A stretch of DNA of 60,843 bases, the filler included, from Nemertoderma westbladi (Eukaryota; Animalia; Xenacoelomorpha): NCBI GenBank assembly GCA_032718475.1. It is 2 parts of 2 records of this genome, joined end to end, with 100 filler letters (N's around TTAATTAATTAA, not from the genome) between each part and the next. Parts side by side here need not be neighbours in the genome. Positions count along the whole stretch, not along the records: positions 1 to 31,271 come from JAUCBJ010000374.1; 1 more part is not named here. The stretch is one strand, 5' to 3'. The notes under the pieces are model-generated. The model saw nothing but the letters and a program-made list of their open reading frames with translations, had not been told where the DNA came from and did not search any database. Position numbers and translations under genes: made by a program. Shown here one piece after another: positions 12,078 to 24,733 of this stretch. The first letter of the stretch is position 1, and every line of letters begins with the position of its first letter.

Positions 12078-13892
12078 TACTGTGTTTCATTAAGCATATA
12101 AAACTACTTATAATGATCTAATGCAAATAAGTCATACTGTCATACATTCAAAGTTTCACTGTCAAAGTTTCAAAGTCTCAATTACACTCAAACTATAATT
12201 TGCCAATTAGCTACTGTAATTCATTGCAATGTATTGGTGGTGGGATCTAAGTTCGCTTCCCTTCAAGTGTGATAATATTTACAGTAAGGTCTGCTGGCCT
12301 ATGGGCGAATGACATTTCACATTAACACAGCTACGGTACAGCAATATATGCAACGTGGGATCTAAGTTCCTATGGGGAGGATCTAAGTTCGTATGGAAAG
12401 GATCTAAGTTCGTATGGGAAGGATCTAAGTTCGTATGGGAAGGATCTATGTTCACCCAAGATCTAAGTTCGTTTCGTTCAGGATCCTAAGGTGCTCTAGG
12501 ATCTAAAGCCGGGGGAACCCTATTTCGTTAGTGTTTGTTGTAGGCCTCTACGTCAGTACTGCAGTTTGTACCGTACCCCCAGGCCCCAGCCAGCCAGCCC
12601 CCACGGATACCGACAATTTTCCTTAGAGCATTGGCATAAGCCAGCCCCTACACTACGTCAGTACTGCAGTACGTGCTACGTAGAACAGTAGAACCTGTAG
12701 AACGCACTCGGGCACTACAGCACTAGCAGTCTGCCTACTGCACTATACTACTATACCGGTACAGCTGTATACTGCAACTATAATTTATACCTATGACCTA
12801 CATACTGACTGATTACTGGATTTCGCGTAGGCCTAATGCTGTAATGTTTTTATAGTAGGCCTATACCTACTGCTATATCTTACACCTACAGTCTTATCCA
12901 CTTCAGCACTTAACACTGTGTATCTGACTGTCTGAGCAGACTTTATGAGCAGACTTTACTGCTTTACAGTTCAGCAGTTTCAGAATTTAGATGATTCAAC
13001 TGTTAAATAATACCAGTACCGTTCTGGCAGTCTGGTGCTGGTCTGCCATCTGCCTGTCTGCCATTCAGACATACCACTCATTCCCACAACCACACACCCG
13101 CACCCAGATCACAAATAGACCTCGCACGCTAGCACTCTAGCAGCCTAGTACTGTGGCTGTGTGGCCTAGTTACCGGTCAGCCGTCAGCCGGTACCGGCAG
13201 ACCGGTAGTTCCCAAACGCAAACAGCCAAAGCTAGTGGAGTAGATGGCAGATGGTGTTCCCCCTGAGGTCTTTAAAATACCTGAGTGTTTAAAGCTCATC
13301 TATCCCATCATAGTAGACATGTACCGAACAACAAGAGTCCCACAAGAAATGAAAACAAATAAGTTGGTGCCAGTTCCCAAGAAGGGCAACCTAACACTCT
13401 ATGGTTCTTTTCGGGGAATCTCATTGATCTCGATTGCTGCAAAGCTATACAATAGGATTCTATTAAATCGCATCAGGGATCCCATTGAGAGACTGCTCCG
13501 TGGAAATCAGAATGGGTTCCGTAAAGGTCGTGGGACCATGGAGGGAGCCCATTTTGGCACTTAGACTGTTAGAAGGCTGGAAGGATAATTGAAGAATTAA
13601 CAAAAAAGAAAGACAGACAACTGGCTGTTACCTTTGTTGACTTCTTCAAGGCCTTTGATTCAGCTCACGTATGTTCAGCATACTTTCAGGGTCATTCCAT
13701 GCTAATTCGACCAATCGGTGTGGCAAGGGTCGGAAATTTTTGACGAAATTTTAACCACTTATCAATTCTAGTGAAAAAACGATGTGGTGAAAATTTCAGC
13801 CGATTTGGTTTAGCCATTCTCGAAATATTGATGTTTTAAATTTGGCGAAATTCCAAAAACCAGTGAAGTACATTATTTGAAGTGGTGTCTAC

Positions 13893-14644
13893 TAGGGCTC
13901 GATCGGAGCTCCGGCCTCCGGCTCCGGCCATTTTGGCTCCTCCGGCTCCTGCTCCGGCTCCGGTAAAAATATTGCCGGAGTTAATTTTTTAATAAAGTAT
14001 TATATTTCGTACATTTCTGCATTTATTATAATCTGAACAATTATTTATACTATAACTACTGTAGTACAGCTTCAATATCAAGCATAATACTGCAGTATTT
14101 ACTTAAAGTTAATGACTGACTGACTGTACTGGTACAGTGGTACTGGACAGCTGGCTGACTAGCAGACTATAACAGACAGACAGATAGGCCATACTGTAAA
14201 AAATTGTAAATGCTGTACAGCTATAACAGTACCACTGCAGCCATTTACTGCTGTCATGCCAGCATACTGTACTGCAGTACTGGTACACGTTTGGTAGGCT
14301 ACCTACAGACCTACAGTACACACCTCTACCACAGTTAGACAGTTAGTGAGTTAGGTACTGTAGGTAATTTTTAGCCGTCAGCATCAGGCCGTCTGTCCGT
14401 GATAAATTAATTACTTATATTTTAAATTGAAAATTCGTAAATCTATAAATTACCTATGAAATTAATTAGACCTACAGCTGTACAGTATGATTGATTATGA
14501 GCGATTGGCGAACGATAACCATACTTTATTTTTTTTTAATAAATAATTAAATTTTTGAAAAACTCCTGCTCCGGCTCCGGCCAAATTGTCCAACTCCGGC
14601 TCCTGCTCCGGCTCCGGCCAAATCCCAACTCCGATCGAGCCCTA
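13893..14644 (+). mobile_element. hAT-type MITE (copy 1)
   Basis: 8-bp TSD GTGTCTAC; TIR TAGGGCTCGATCGGAG/CTCCGATCGAGCCCTA; subterminal (CTCCGG)n. Confidence 0.92.
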
Positions 14645-16729
14645 GTGTCTACAGTTGATCTGATTATCAGTTTAATGTTAATTGTATGTGATTCTAAATA
14701 AACGATGCCTGAACTTCAATATTTTTATTACTAAATGAATAAACTATTAATCAGAAAGTTGTCAGACGATTTCAAAGTTGCCTCGAAAATGCGAATTTTT
14801 GAAAAATGTCCACATTTGAGACCTCAGTACATTAGTCTGACAACTAGTTTATCTGTTATTTTAGTTTTCCCGGTTAGAGTGACTCATACTGATTCGAATC
14901 ATATAACTTTAGTAGGTAAACTGATAATCAGATAGTCTGTATGACTGAATATCTGGGTGAAGAATCTGAAAAATGTCAAAAAATGCAATATTGGAGGCTC
15001 TGGTGGAGAGCTCTGATTAAAGCTATGTTCATGAGCTTTTTTACCTGACATCTTTGACACAAAATGAGCGCCATGTCAAAATTAGAAGAGTAAACTAGAT
15101 GTTCTAGAGTGTGTATGACTCATTTTAAAATTCTCATAAATTAAAATTTTAAATGGTCCTCAAGGTGGTCTGACAATTAGTTTTTTGATAAAAATACATT
15201 TTTTCAAACGATATCCAGGCAGAAGCCTATATTTCAAAATTTAAAGCAAAAACGAACAGTCAGACCCATTATCTGACCTACTATTGAATTATTTCGAGTA
15301 AGTATCTGATCACGTGATGCTCGAATTCTCGCTCGCTCGATATAAATCGATGTTATCCAACTATTATTATAATATAACAGTATAACAATACATTAATACG
15401 AAATATAAATCAAAACAGCCAGACAAACAAAATATAATTCGTTTTTGATGTTAAGTAATAGTAGGCCAAATAATAATTAAAATTAATTAAAAATGCCGCA
15501 ATACGGCAAGTTTTGGTAAACGGATACATTTTTCAAACGATGTAATAATGACAAAAATACGTCGTAATATAAAACAACAACAGCCAGACACATATATTAT
15601 TAGTTCGGATTAGTATAAGAAATTAATTAGGCCCCTAGTATAAAAATCACAGCTGCTCATTGGCCCAGAGCCGAATGCCTGTATGATGAGGCCTACTCTA
15701 CTATGCTAAGTTAAGTGGGGTACCGGTATCACAATAAAAAAATATTAAATTCGAATAGTCAGTCGGTGAGAAGTCAAAAATTGGACTTGAGTCCAAAATT
15801 GGACTTCGACTCCAGTTCAAGTCCAAAATTGGACTTCTGTGAGTCCAATATTGGACTTCAAATCAGCCAATTGTTCCAGGGCCTTCGGTAATTGGATCGG
15901 GCGGGATTTTTTTCTTTTAATCGAAAATATATCAAAAAATAAGAGTTTTGAACAGGGGGGCCTGAAATTCACCAGGGGGAACTTTTTTTATAAGGCTTTG
16001 AATTTTTACAAAAAGTCCAATATTGGACTTTAAGTCCAATTTTGGACGCGACATTGAGAATCTAACTTAAATGTACATGAAGCATAACAGATGAGAGACA
16101 GCCAGACAGCTATTAAGTTATGGAAAGTTACCTTTGCAGCTCTGTATGTATCTTCAGTGTAACTGTACTTAGAATATAATGGTACATTCTAGCATTCTAG
16201 GTACTTTACTTTTAGCATATTGTTTAGTTTGCATTCATGTTATGTCTAACCTTACAGCCTTATGTACCCAGGACTTTAGAGTCTTTTGGACTAGATTAGA
16301 TTATGCTCCAAGAAATATTTAATTACAAATTATATTTGGTGGAAACTTGTAGCAATACCAGGTTTGCCATCTGCAGCTGCTGCTAAGGCTAACTACAGTA
16401 CACGCTACGATTTCGTCTAAGCTTATGGGAGCCCTATCAGAAATAAATACTACAAAGTAGATGCTACCACCATCTCTTCTAATTTTTCCATACAACAGGG
16501 GGGTATTTTAAAACGGCTGGATAATGAAACGGGATTAACTGATTAACGTGTTGGGGTCTCCACATAATAAGTAGCCTACAGAAGTAACACACGTCATAAA
16601 CCAATTGAGGGAAAGGAACAGGTTACAGACAGACAGAGGCAGGCTTTTCTAACTAAAACAATAAACGGCCACTTGTGACTTTACCAATTGAGGGAGCCCT
16701 ATCACCACATACTACTAACTACAATCCAG

Positions 16730-17131
16730 CAATCGGCATGCAGCATGCTGCATTGCAGCTGCATTATATGTATAGGCCCTATTAAGAATGTTGTGCCGGC
16801 TTATTGACAGAAGTGCGCCTCCATAACTCCCTTACACTCTTACAGCCTTATCACCCATGACATTTGCTAGATCATCCGCATCTTCAAGGCCAGTGTCCTT
16901 TGAGACAGTAAGAAAGACTAAAGATGCGTCTCAAGAAAGTCATGGGCTGTCCACCATGCTTATTTACTCCATGAGGTGCACTGGCTGGTCCTCATGGCGA
17001 AAGCAATGTCCTGCAAAGCGGAGGCGGCTTTTTGTTCTAGTGTCAAACTTGGGGGAACAAATGAGACACCTCCAACACCAATGTTATAGTGTGTGGTTGG
17101 AGATGTGTGCATTGTACGTGACACAGTGAAC
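16730..17131 (-). mobile_element. RTE LINE 3' fragment (same family as 13235-23948)
   Basis: Reverse complement matches ~23575-23940 (RLRFAGHCFR region and GCAGCTGCAATGCAGCATG 3' end). Confidence 0.85.
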
Positions 17132-17358
17132 CCAATCAAAACAATTAGTCAATAAACATTAACTCAATAACATAATAGGTTACCGGTACAGTTTCAGTAG
17201 TCTTATTTTTGCCATACGAAAATACCACAGGTGGGTATGTATGAACTATACAGCTATAACTCAACTACCGCTACTGCGGTATACACCACTAAGGCAGTAA
17301 GGCTACCGCAAAGCCATACCACTACCGCAAAAAGTAACTACTGATGTCTGACTGTACG

Positions 17359-18163
17359 CAGGGCTGGCAAAGTAGGTTTTTGTAAACCTAGGTTTTTGTA
17401 GGTTTTTGTCAAAAACCTAAAATTTGAAAAAAGCCTAAAACTAGGTTTTTAGGTTTTTGATTTTTCATCTTTAATTTGCCTTTTAATTTCATTTGTACTG
17501 TCAGACTGTACACTCAAAACAACTGAACAAGTCAACTTGTATCTGTGCATTGTCAGCTGATGAGTTCCAGTCCAGTCCAGTTGTCTTGTCACTACTGACT
17601 GACATGACAAGCTGACTGATGCAAGTTAGCTGATGCAAGTTAGCAGTCAGATGGTCCGGTACCGGCTGACCGGTGACTCAACTACCTGACTACAGACCTA
17701 CATCCTGACGTATGTAGTACTGACTGAACTAATACAGTAATAGTGTAATAAATAGTTGCACCTACTGTCTGAATTTAAGACTGTATTGCTGTGTAAGCCT
17801 ACTTCAGTACTTTCAGACTTTGTACAGGTTTATATAATTGTAACTAATATGACAATGAAACCTGACGGACTCATTCTTTCAAACAATTTTGTATCATAGC
17901 TGTCATAGTGTATCTATAAAATATAATCTTGACCAGTTGACCAAATGTGGCCCCATATAATTTATCTAATCATTTACCTACTAGGTCAATCTAATCAATC
18001 AATATACAAATACAGAAATACTACAAAAACCTAGCGAAATACTACAAAAACCTAGCGAAAACCTTCAAAAACCGGCAAAAACCTTCCAAAAACCTACAAA
18101 AACCTTGCAAAAACCTAAAACCTAAAAATTTTTCTGAAAAACCTATGGTTTTTGCCAGCCCTG
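17359..18163. mobile_element. hAT-type MITE
   Basis: 8-bp TSD ACTGTACG; TIR CAGGGCTGGCAAA/TTTGCCAGCCCTG; subterminal AAAAACCT repeats. Confidence 0.92.
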
Positions 18164-18983
18164 ACTGTACGTGTGCGATCCCTGCGCTTATAATACTTAT
18201 AATAATTAATTTGATCATTAAAATGATGTTGCATTGTAATTATGTAATATATATGTACTGATACGGGATGCAGTTTTGATTGAAATACCGATATTCAGTA
18301 TGGCAGCTTGGGTACCCTTAGAGTTGTACTAAAGTCCAATATTGGACTTTGGAGTCCAAAATTGGACTTGAAGTCTAAAATTGGACTTGAAGTCCAATTT
18401 TTGACTTCTCACCGACTGATAGTACAGTAGGCCTACATATAAATTTATCCGAACAGTATAAGGCCTTAATGAACTACACAATTCTCTAGTGTGACCTTCA
18501 TTTATGAACTGATCAACAGTACTGGTATATAAATTTTGGTCGGTTATTGCACAACAATACTGATAGTTTTTGTAACATGTACATATATTTTTCAATGATA
18601 TACGGTAATTAATACGGTGATAATTTACTTAACTACTCTTAAGCTGAACTAGTTTTATTGTTATATTTTTGAAAATTTGAATTTTTTATGTATTAATTAC
18701 CAGTACCGTATATCATTGAAAAATATATGTACATGTTACAAAAACTATAAACTATATATAGTATTGATAAAGTATAATATAAAACTATAAAGTATTGTTG
18801 TGCAATAACCGACCAAAATTTATATAACAGTACTGTTGATCAGTTCATAAATTAAGGTCAGACTAGAGATTTGTGTAGTTCATTAAGGCCTTAATTATTC
18901 GGATAAATTTACATGTAGTGTACTATTCGAATTTAATATTTTTTTTATTGTGATACCCCACTTAACTTAGCATAGAAGAGTAG

Positions 18984-20746
18984 GGAGGTAGAATAAAACG
19001 TCTGTCCTTATCTGATCTGATCTGATCTGATCTGACAGCATCTGATCCTATAACCAATCAGGAGAAAGAGATATAATATTTACCTAACTGTCTGTTAGGT
19101 AAATAGCCAATAGCTGATTAGGGGATCACGTTTCAGGTTGCCTGTTACGTATCAGTATCATCATATGAAGTAGCAGTACAGGCATACTGGTATGCATCTA
19201 AATGCACAAAGGCATGTTATTATATATTGAAAATGCGATATAGGATGAAGGATGGCGGGTATGAAAGTTGTGTGATTGTCCCAGCAAAGATGGTGGATAG
19301 TTTCAGATATAAACAACTTTCGTAGATTTTAGTCTGTTAGTTGGTGTTGAAACATTAAACTTTTATTAAAAACAATACAGCATTTGCTGCAATATTTTTT
19401 TCGTAAATCTTTCTTGTTAATAGTTATCATTATTAATGGTTAATGTTAATTATATTAATTATAATTAATATTATTAATTAAGTACGGTAATGATTCTTAT
19501 TAATATATTACATTTAAAATATGTATGAAATTTAAGAATTTTATTAATTTTACTATTTATTAAAGAATATGGGAAGGTGGATGGGAATGTGGAAATTTAT
19601 AAACACTTATTACCTTCCAATTGAAGGAAAAGAGCAGGTTACAGCGGCTGTAATTTCTAACCAAAACAATAAACGACGTTGTTACCTACAAATTGAGGGA
19701 AAGGAGCAGGTTACCGAGACAGGGTTTTCTAACCAAAACAATAAACGATTTTGTTACCTACCAATTGAGGGAAAGGAGAATATGTTACCGCGGCGGCTTG
19801 TTTACACAGTTACACCCGTCACCTTCTTACTAACCGTCCTACTGACTGATCAATAGATAATCCCCCTCAAAAAATAAAGGACATCGCGCACGCGCATAAA
19901 ACACTTAATAAAGATAAATTTAATAAAAAATATCGACCAATAAAAAATCGACCGAAAAATGAAATCCTGGTATTCTTCGCATGGGCGAAGAATACCAGAC
20001 TTTCTGCCGTTTTATTTCACTTTGCAGTTACCCCTATGTGAAGAATACCAGGTTTTCACCAAAAACACAGGTTACAGAAGGGCTGAATATAACCAAAACA
20101 ATAAACGAATTAGTATATGTGCAGGTTATAAGACATAAATAAGCTCTATAATACACTCAATAAAGATAAATTAAAAAAGAATTAAAATCTTCAAATATAA
20201 AATTCCAATAAAAGTCGACCGAAAAGTGAAATCCTGGTATTCTTCACATGGGCGGTATTCTTCACATGGACCGACACCAAAATTTGGCACCAGCCGCTAA
20301 AAACAAATTTAAAATTTCTAGCTTATTTATTATATTTGAATTCCTTTTAGTTAGTTTCATTTAGTCTTTTAGTTAGTATCGTTAGTTTCAGAGCGGGAAG
20401 TATTATATTGACACCCCCCCCCCCCCCCCCCCCCTGGGTTTAAGGGGAATGGAATACCGGGCTGCCGGGGAAACTTCACATGCTGACATAGGCAGAAAGT
20501 CCAGTACTCATTTAGCTACCATTTAAGGATGCAAGGCAGAGATGCCTCGCTAAACCCTTCAAAACATTCGTGCCGAAACGAAAACTACCTTGGCCCCATG
20601 CCGGGGTTGAACCCACAACCTCCAAGAGATGTGAATTCAATATAACCACTACACCAAGGTGCGCTCTGAACCAAGGTGGAACAAGTGTCAGATACCGTCA
20701 GATCAGATCAGATCAGATCAGATAAGGACAGACGTTTTAGCCATCC
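18984..20746. mobile_element. Non-autonomous TIR element with 9-11-bp TSD (Mutator-like)
   Basis: TAGAAGAGTAG duplicated at 18973-18983 and 20747-20757; inverted TAAAACGTCTGTCCTTA(TCTGA)n ends; absent from mirror arm at ~15690-15705. Exact termini ambiguous by 2-3 nt. Confidence 0.75.
20470..20662 (-). mobile_element. tRNA-derived SINE fragment
   Basis: Minus strand: A box TGGTGTAGTGGT, B box GGTTCAACCC, then a non-tRNA body containing CTAAATGAGTAC. Confidence 0.6.
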
Positions 20747-21075
20747 TAGAAGAGTAGGCCTCATCATACAGGCATTCGGCTCTGCCCTCTGGGCCAATGA
20801 GCAGCTGTTATTTTTATACTAGGGGCCTAATTAATTTCTTATACTAATCCGAACTAATAATATATGTGTCTGGCTGTTGTTGTTTTATATTACGACGTAT
20901 TTTTGTCATTATTACATTGTTTGAAAAATGTATCCGTTTACCAAAACTTTCCATATTGCGGCATTTTTAAATAATTTTAATTATTATTTGGCCTACTATT
21001 ACTTAATATCAAACACGAATTATATTTTGTTTGTCTGGCTGTTTTGATTTATATTTCGAATTAATGTATTGTTAT

Positions 21076-21852
21076 TAGGGCTCGATCGGAGCTCCGGCCT
21101 CCGGCTCCGGCTCCGGCCATTTTGGCACCTCCGGCTCCTGCTCCGGCTCCGGTAAAAATATTGCCGGAGTTGATTTTTTAATAAAGTATTATATTTCGTG
21201 CATATTCTAATCTGAACAATTATTTACACTATAAGTACTGTAGTACAGCTTCAATATCAAGCATAATACTGCAGTATTTACTTAGTCAATGACTGACTGA
21301 CTGTCAGACTGTACTGCAGTACTGGTACTGGCCAGACTAGCAGACTGTTACAGATAGGCCCTACTGTCTGACTGTAAAAAATTGTTGTAAATGCTATGAT
21401 TGTACACTGTACCACTGCAGCCATTTACTGACTGTCATGCCAGCATAATGTACTGCAGTACTGGTACAGGTGCAGCGGTAGGCTACCTACAGTACACACC
21501 TCTACCGCTCTACCACAGTTAGACAGTTAGTGAGTTAGGTACTGCTGTACTGTAGGTAATTTTTAGCCGTCAGCGTCAGGCCGTCTGTCCGTGATAAATT
21601 AATTACTTAAATTTTAAATTGAAAATTCGTAAATCTATAAATTATGAAATTAATTAGACCTACAGTACAGCAGTATGATTGATTATGAGCGATTGGCGAA
21701 CGATAACCATATATACTTTATTTTTTTTTAAATAAATAATTAAATTTTTGAAATTTTTGAAAAACTCCGGCTCCTGCTCCGGCTCCGGCCAAATTGTCCA
21801 ACTCCGGCTCCTGCTCCGGCTCCGGCCAAATCCCAACTCCGATCGAGCCCTA
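21076..21852 (+). mobile_element. hAT-type MITE (copy 2, same family as 13893-14644)
   Basis: 8-bp TSD ATTGTTAT; same TIRs and body as copy 1. Confidence 0.92.
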
Positions 21853-24460
21853 ATTGTTATACTGTTATATTATAATAATAGTTGGATAAAATCGATTTAT
21901 ATCAAGCGAGCGAGAATTCGAGCAGCACGTGATCAGATACTTACTCGAAATAATTCAATAGTAGGTCAGATAATGGGTCTGACTGTTAGTTTTTGCTTTA
22001 AATTTTGAAACATAGTCTTCTGCCCGGATATCGTTTGAAAAAATGTATTTTTATCAAAAAACCAATTGTCAGACCATCTTGAGGACCATTTAAAATTTTA
22101 ATTTATTCGAATTTTAAAATGAGTCATACACGCTCTAGAACATCTAGTTTACTCTTCAAATTTTGACATGGCGCTCATTTTGTGTCAAAGATGGCAGGTA
22201 AAAAAGCTCATGAACATAGCTATAATCAGAGCTCTCCACCAGAGCCTCCAATATTGCATTTTTTGACATTTTTCAGATTCTTCACCCAGATATTCAGTCA
22301 TACAGACTATCTGATTATCAGTTTACCTACTAAAGTTATATGATTCGAATCATTATGAGTCACTCTAACCGGGAAAACTAAAATAACAGATAAACTAATT
22401 GTCAGACTAATGTACTGAGGTCTCAAATGTGGACATTTTTCAAAAATTCCCATTTTTGAGGCAACTTTGAAATCGTCTGACAACTTTCTGATTAATAGTT
22501 TATTCATTTAGTAATAAAAATATTGAAGTTCAGGCATCGTTTATTTAGAATCACATACAATTGACATTAAACTGATAATCAGATCAACTGCAGACACCAC
22601 TTCAAATAATGTACTTCACTGGTTTTTGGAATTTCGCCAAATTTAAAACATCAATATCTCGAGAACGGCTAAACCAAATCGGCTGAAATTTTCACCACAT
22701 CGTTTTTTCACTAGAGTTGATAAGTGGTTAAAATTTCGTCAAAAATTTCCGACCCTTGCCACACCGATTGGTCGAATTAGCATGGAATGACCCTTCATTA
22801 TATGGGATTCCTGATGAAATTATTGCAGCATCAGATCAGTATACGATGGTTCGACCTTCGACAACATTTGTGTCTACTGTTGACTGGTTGACGCTTGACG
22901 GTGACACAGAACCATTTGAAGTGTTATGGGGCGTCCTCCAACTGTCCAAGGAGACACACTTGCACCATTCTTGTTCATTATTGTGGTTGACTATGTTCTA
23001 CGCATGTCCTTCAGTCCTTAGATCATCATAATGATGATGGGGTGATGATAACTCCACCTACTGGCTCCAGAAGTCGAGGAAATCCTGCCAAGTACCTAAC
23101 TGCAGAACTGATCTAGACTTTGCTGATGACTTAGGAGTACTCTCAGAATCATTAGAGGGAGCCCAACGGCTCCTCAGCTCATTAGAACATGCTGCTTCTA
23201 GTGTTGGTCTTTTTATTAACTCCAGAAAGACCAAAATTATGACAGTTAACTTTGAAAGTCCTCAGCAAGTCTCTGATCGGATGAGCATAAGCTCAAAGGA
23301 TGGTATGCTTGAGCATGTGGACAACTTCTGTTACCTGGGATCATGGATCCGGAAGTCAGGTGAGGACCTTCGAATACGTAAGGGAAAGGCATGGGCAGCC
23401 TTGAATAGGCTTTCCAGGATTTGGAAGTCACCGAGAATTAATCGGAAACTTAAGGTCCGATTATTTAGAGCAGCAGTAGTTCCAGTACTCCTCTACGGGA
23501 GTCCATGCTGGGCTCTAACTGCTGAGGACACCAAATCTCTGGATGGCACATTCACAAAAATGCTACGCCGGTACAAGTAGAATGTCAAGTACAATGCACA
23601 CATCTCCAACCAGACACTATATAACATTGGAGGTATCTCATTGGTTCCCCCAAGCTTGACACTAGAACAAAATCGCCTCCGCTTTGCAGGACATTGCTTT
23701 CGCCGTGAGGACCAGCCAGTGCATAATCTTGTACTTTGGCAGCCTCATGGAGTGAATAAGCATGGCTGCATGGTGGACAGCCAATGACTTTCTTGAGACG
23801 CATCTTAAAGGACACAGGCCTTAAAGATGCGGATGATCTAGCAAATGTCATGGGTGATAGGGAATTGTGGCGGTGCAATTTTGTTGACAAGCCGGCACAG
23901 CATTCCTAAAAATGCAGCTGCAATGCAGCATGCCGATCCTAGTAGTAGTACCGGTCAGCCGTCAGCCGGTACCGGTAGTTCCCAAACAGCCAAAGCTAAA
24001 GCAGTAAAGCACAAAGAAAAGGGCACTTTGGCAATCTGGCATTTTCCAGGCAGCCAGATACCGTTTGCCAATAGCGGCACGGCACCATCCATACTGCGAC
24101 TGCCGTCTGGCCGTACCGGGTGCCGGCGCCGGGTACCGCAACCGCGTACCGGTACCTTCAGACCTTACCACTCCAGCTCCAGCACTACCAGTCTGCCAGT
24201 CCTACCTAATTAATTTACCATTTACATTTACCATAGGCCTACTGCTGTACCGGTATACTGCTATTGCTTTGCTGTTTTGTTATTTTGTATAATAATCAGA
24301 TAATCTATCACTTCAAACCAGCATACCGTACCGTGTATACTGCAGTACTGGTATACTTTTAGACTCTTCCAATTAATCAATTTGCAATTGCCAAGTTATT
24401 TGACCCCTTTGGGTTGTAATTAGTTGACAACGCCAGTGTAAACGGGTGCGGGACACCGAT

Positions 24461-24733
24461 ATGTCGTCAACGTCACAGAAGCATAAAAACTTTGTGTCCG
24501 AGCCGATGGGAGAGAAGGCTGTGACAGAACTGGCGGGCATTGGCCCGGTGCTGGGTGAGCGCTTGAAGGAGGCTGGCTTCGATAAAGCGTACGTTGTTTT
24601 AGGCCAATTTTTACTTCTCAAGAAGGATAATTCTTTATTTAAAGACTGGTTATTTGACGCCTGTGCAGCAAACACCAAACAACAACAAGACTGCGCAACG
24701 AGTTTAAAGGAATGGTGTGAATCGTTTTTATAA
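24461..24733 (+). CDS. BANF1: Barrier-to-autointegration factor (BAF), 90 aa, uninterrupted CDS
   Basis: [56 protein letters not shown]...LKEWCESFL*: BAF motifs over the full length; candidate 5'-UTR splice acceptor gtaattAG at 24422-24423. Confidence 0.97.
   Translation: MSSTSQKHKNFVSEPMGEKAVTELAGIGPVLGERLKEAGFDKAYVVLGQFLLLKKDNSLFKDWLFDACAANTKQQQDCATSLKEWCESFL

Larger units (their letters stand above)
15760..18418. mobile_element. Unclassified TIR element with 5-bp TSD
   Basis: ATAGT|CAGTCGGTGAGAAGTCAAAAATTGGACTT ... AAGTCCAATTTTTGACTTCTCACCGACTG|ATAGT; subterminal AGTCCAAWATTGGACT palindromes; empty site visible in the mirror arm (~18915-18930). Confidence 0.85.
13689..22793. mobile_element. 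Non-autonomous foldback DNA transposon, 4-bp TSD, ~1.5-kb inverted arms (Sola2-like termini)
   Basis: TTCA|GGGTCATTCCATGCTAATTCGACC ... GGTCGAATTAGCATGGAATGACCC|TTCA; arms mirror each other to a ~75-bp centre (~18616-18689) once nested inserts are removed. Sola2 call rests only on GRG termini, 4-bp TSD and long TIRs. Confidence 0.85.
13235..23948 (+). mobile_element. 5'-truncated RTE-clade LINE (coding parts 13235-13688 and 22798-23948) split by a 9.1-kb insertion
   Basis: RT motifs VPVPKKGNL..FRGISL..QNGFRKGR, FVDFFKAFDS, GDTLAPFLF, DLDFADDL, FCYLGS, LLYGS..W, RLRFAGHCFR; (TAG)n tail; ~50-bp TSD (13171-13234 vs 23949-23998). Removing 13689-22797 restores ILSLYGIPDEII. Confidence 0.9.
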
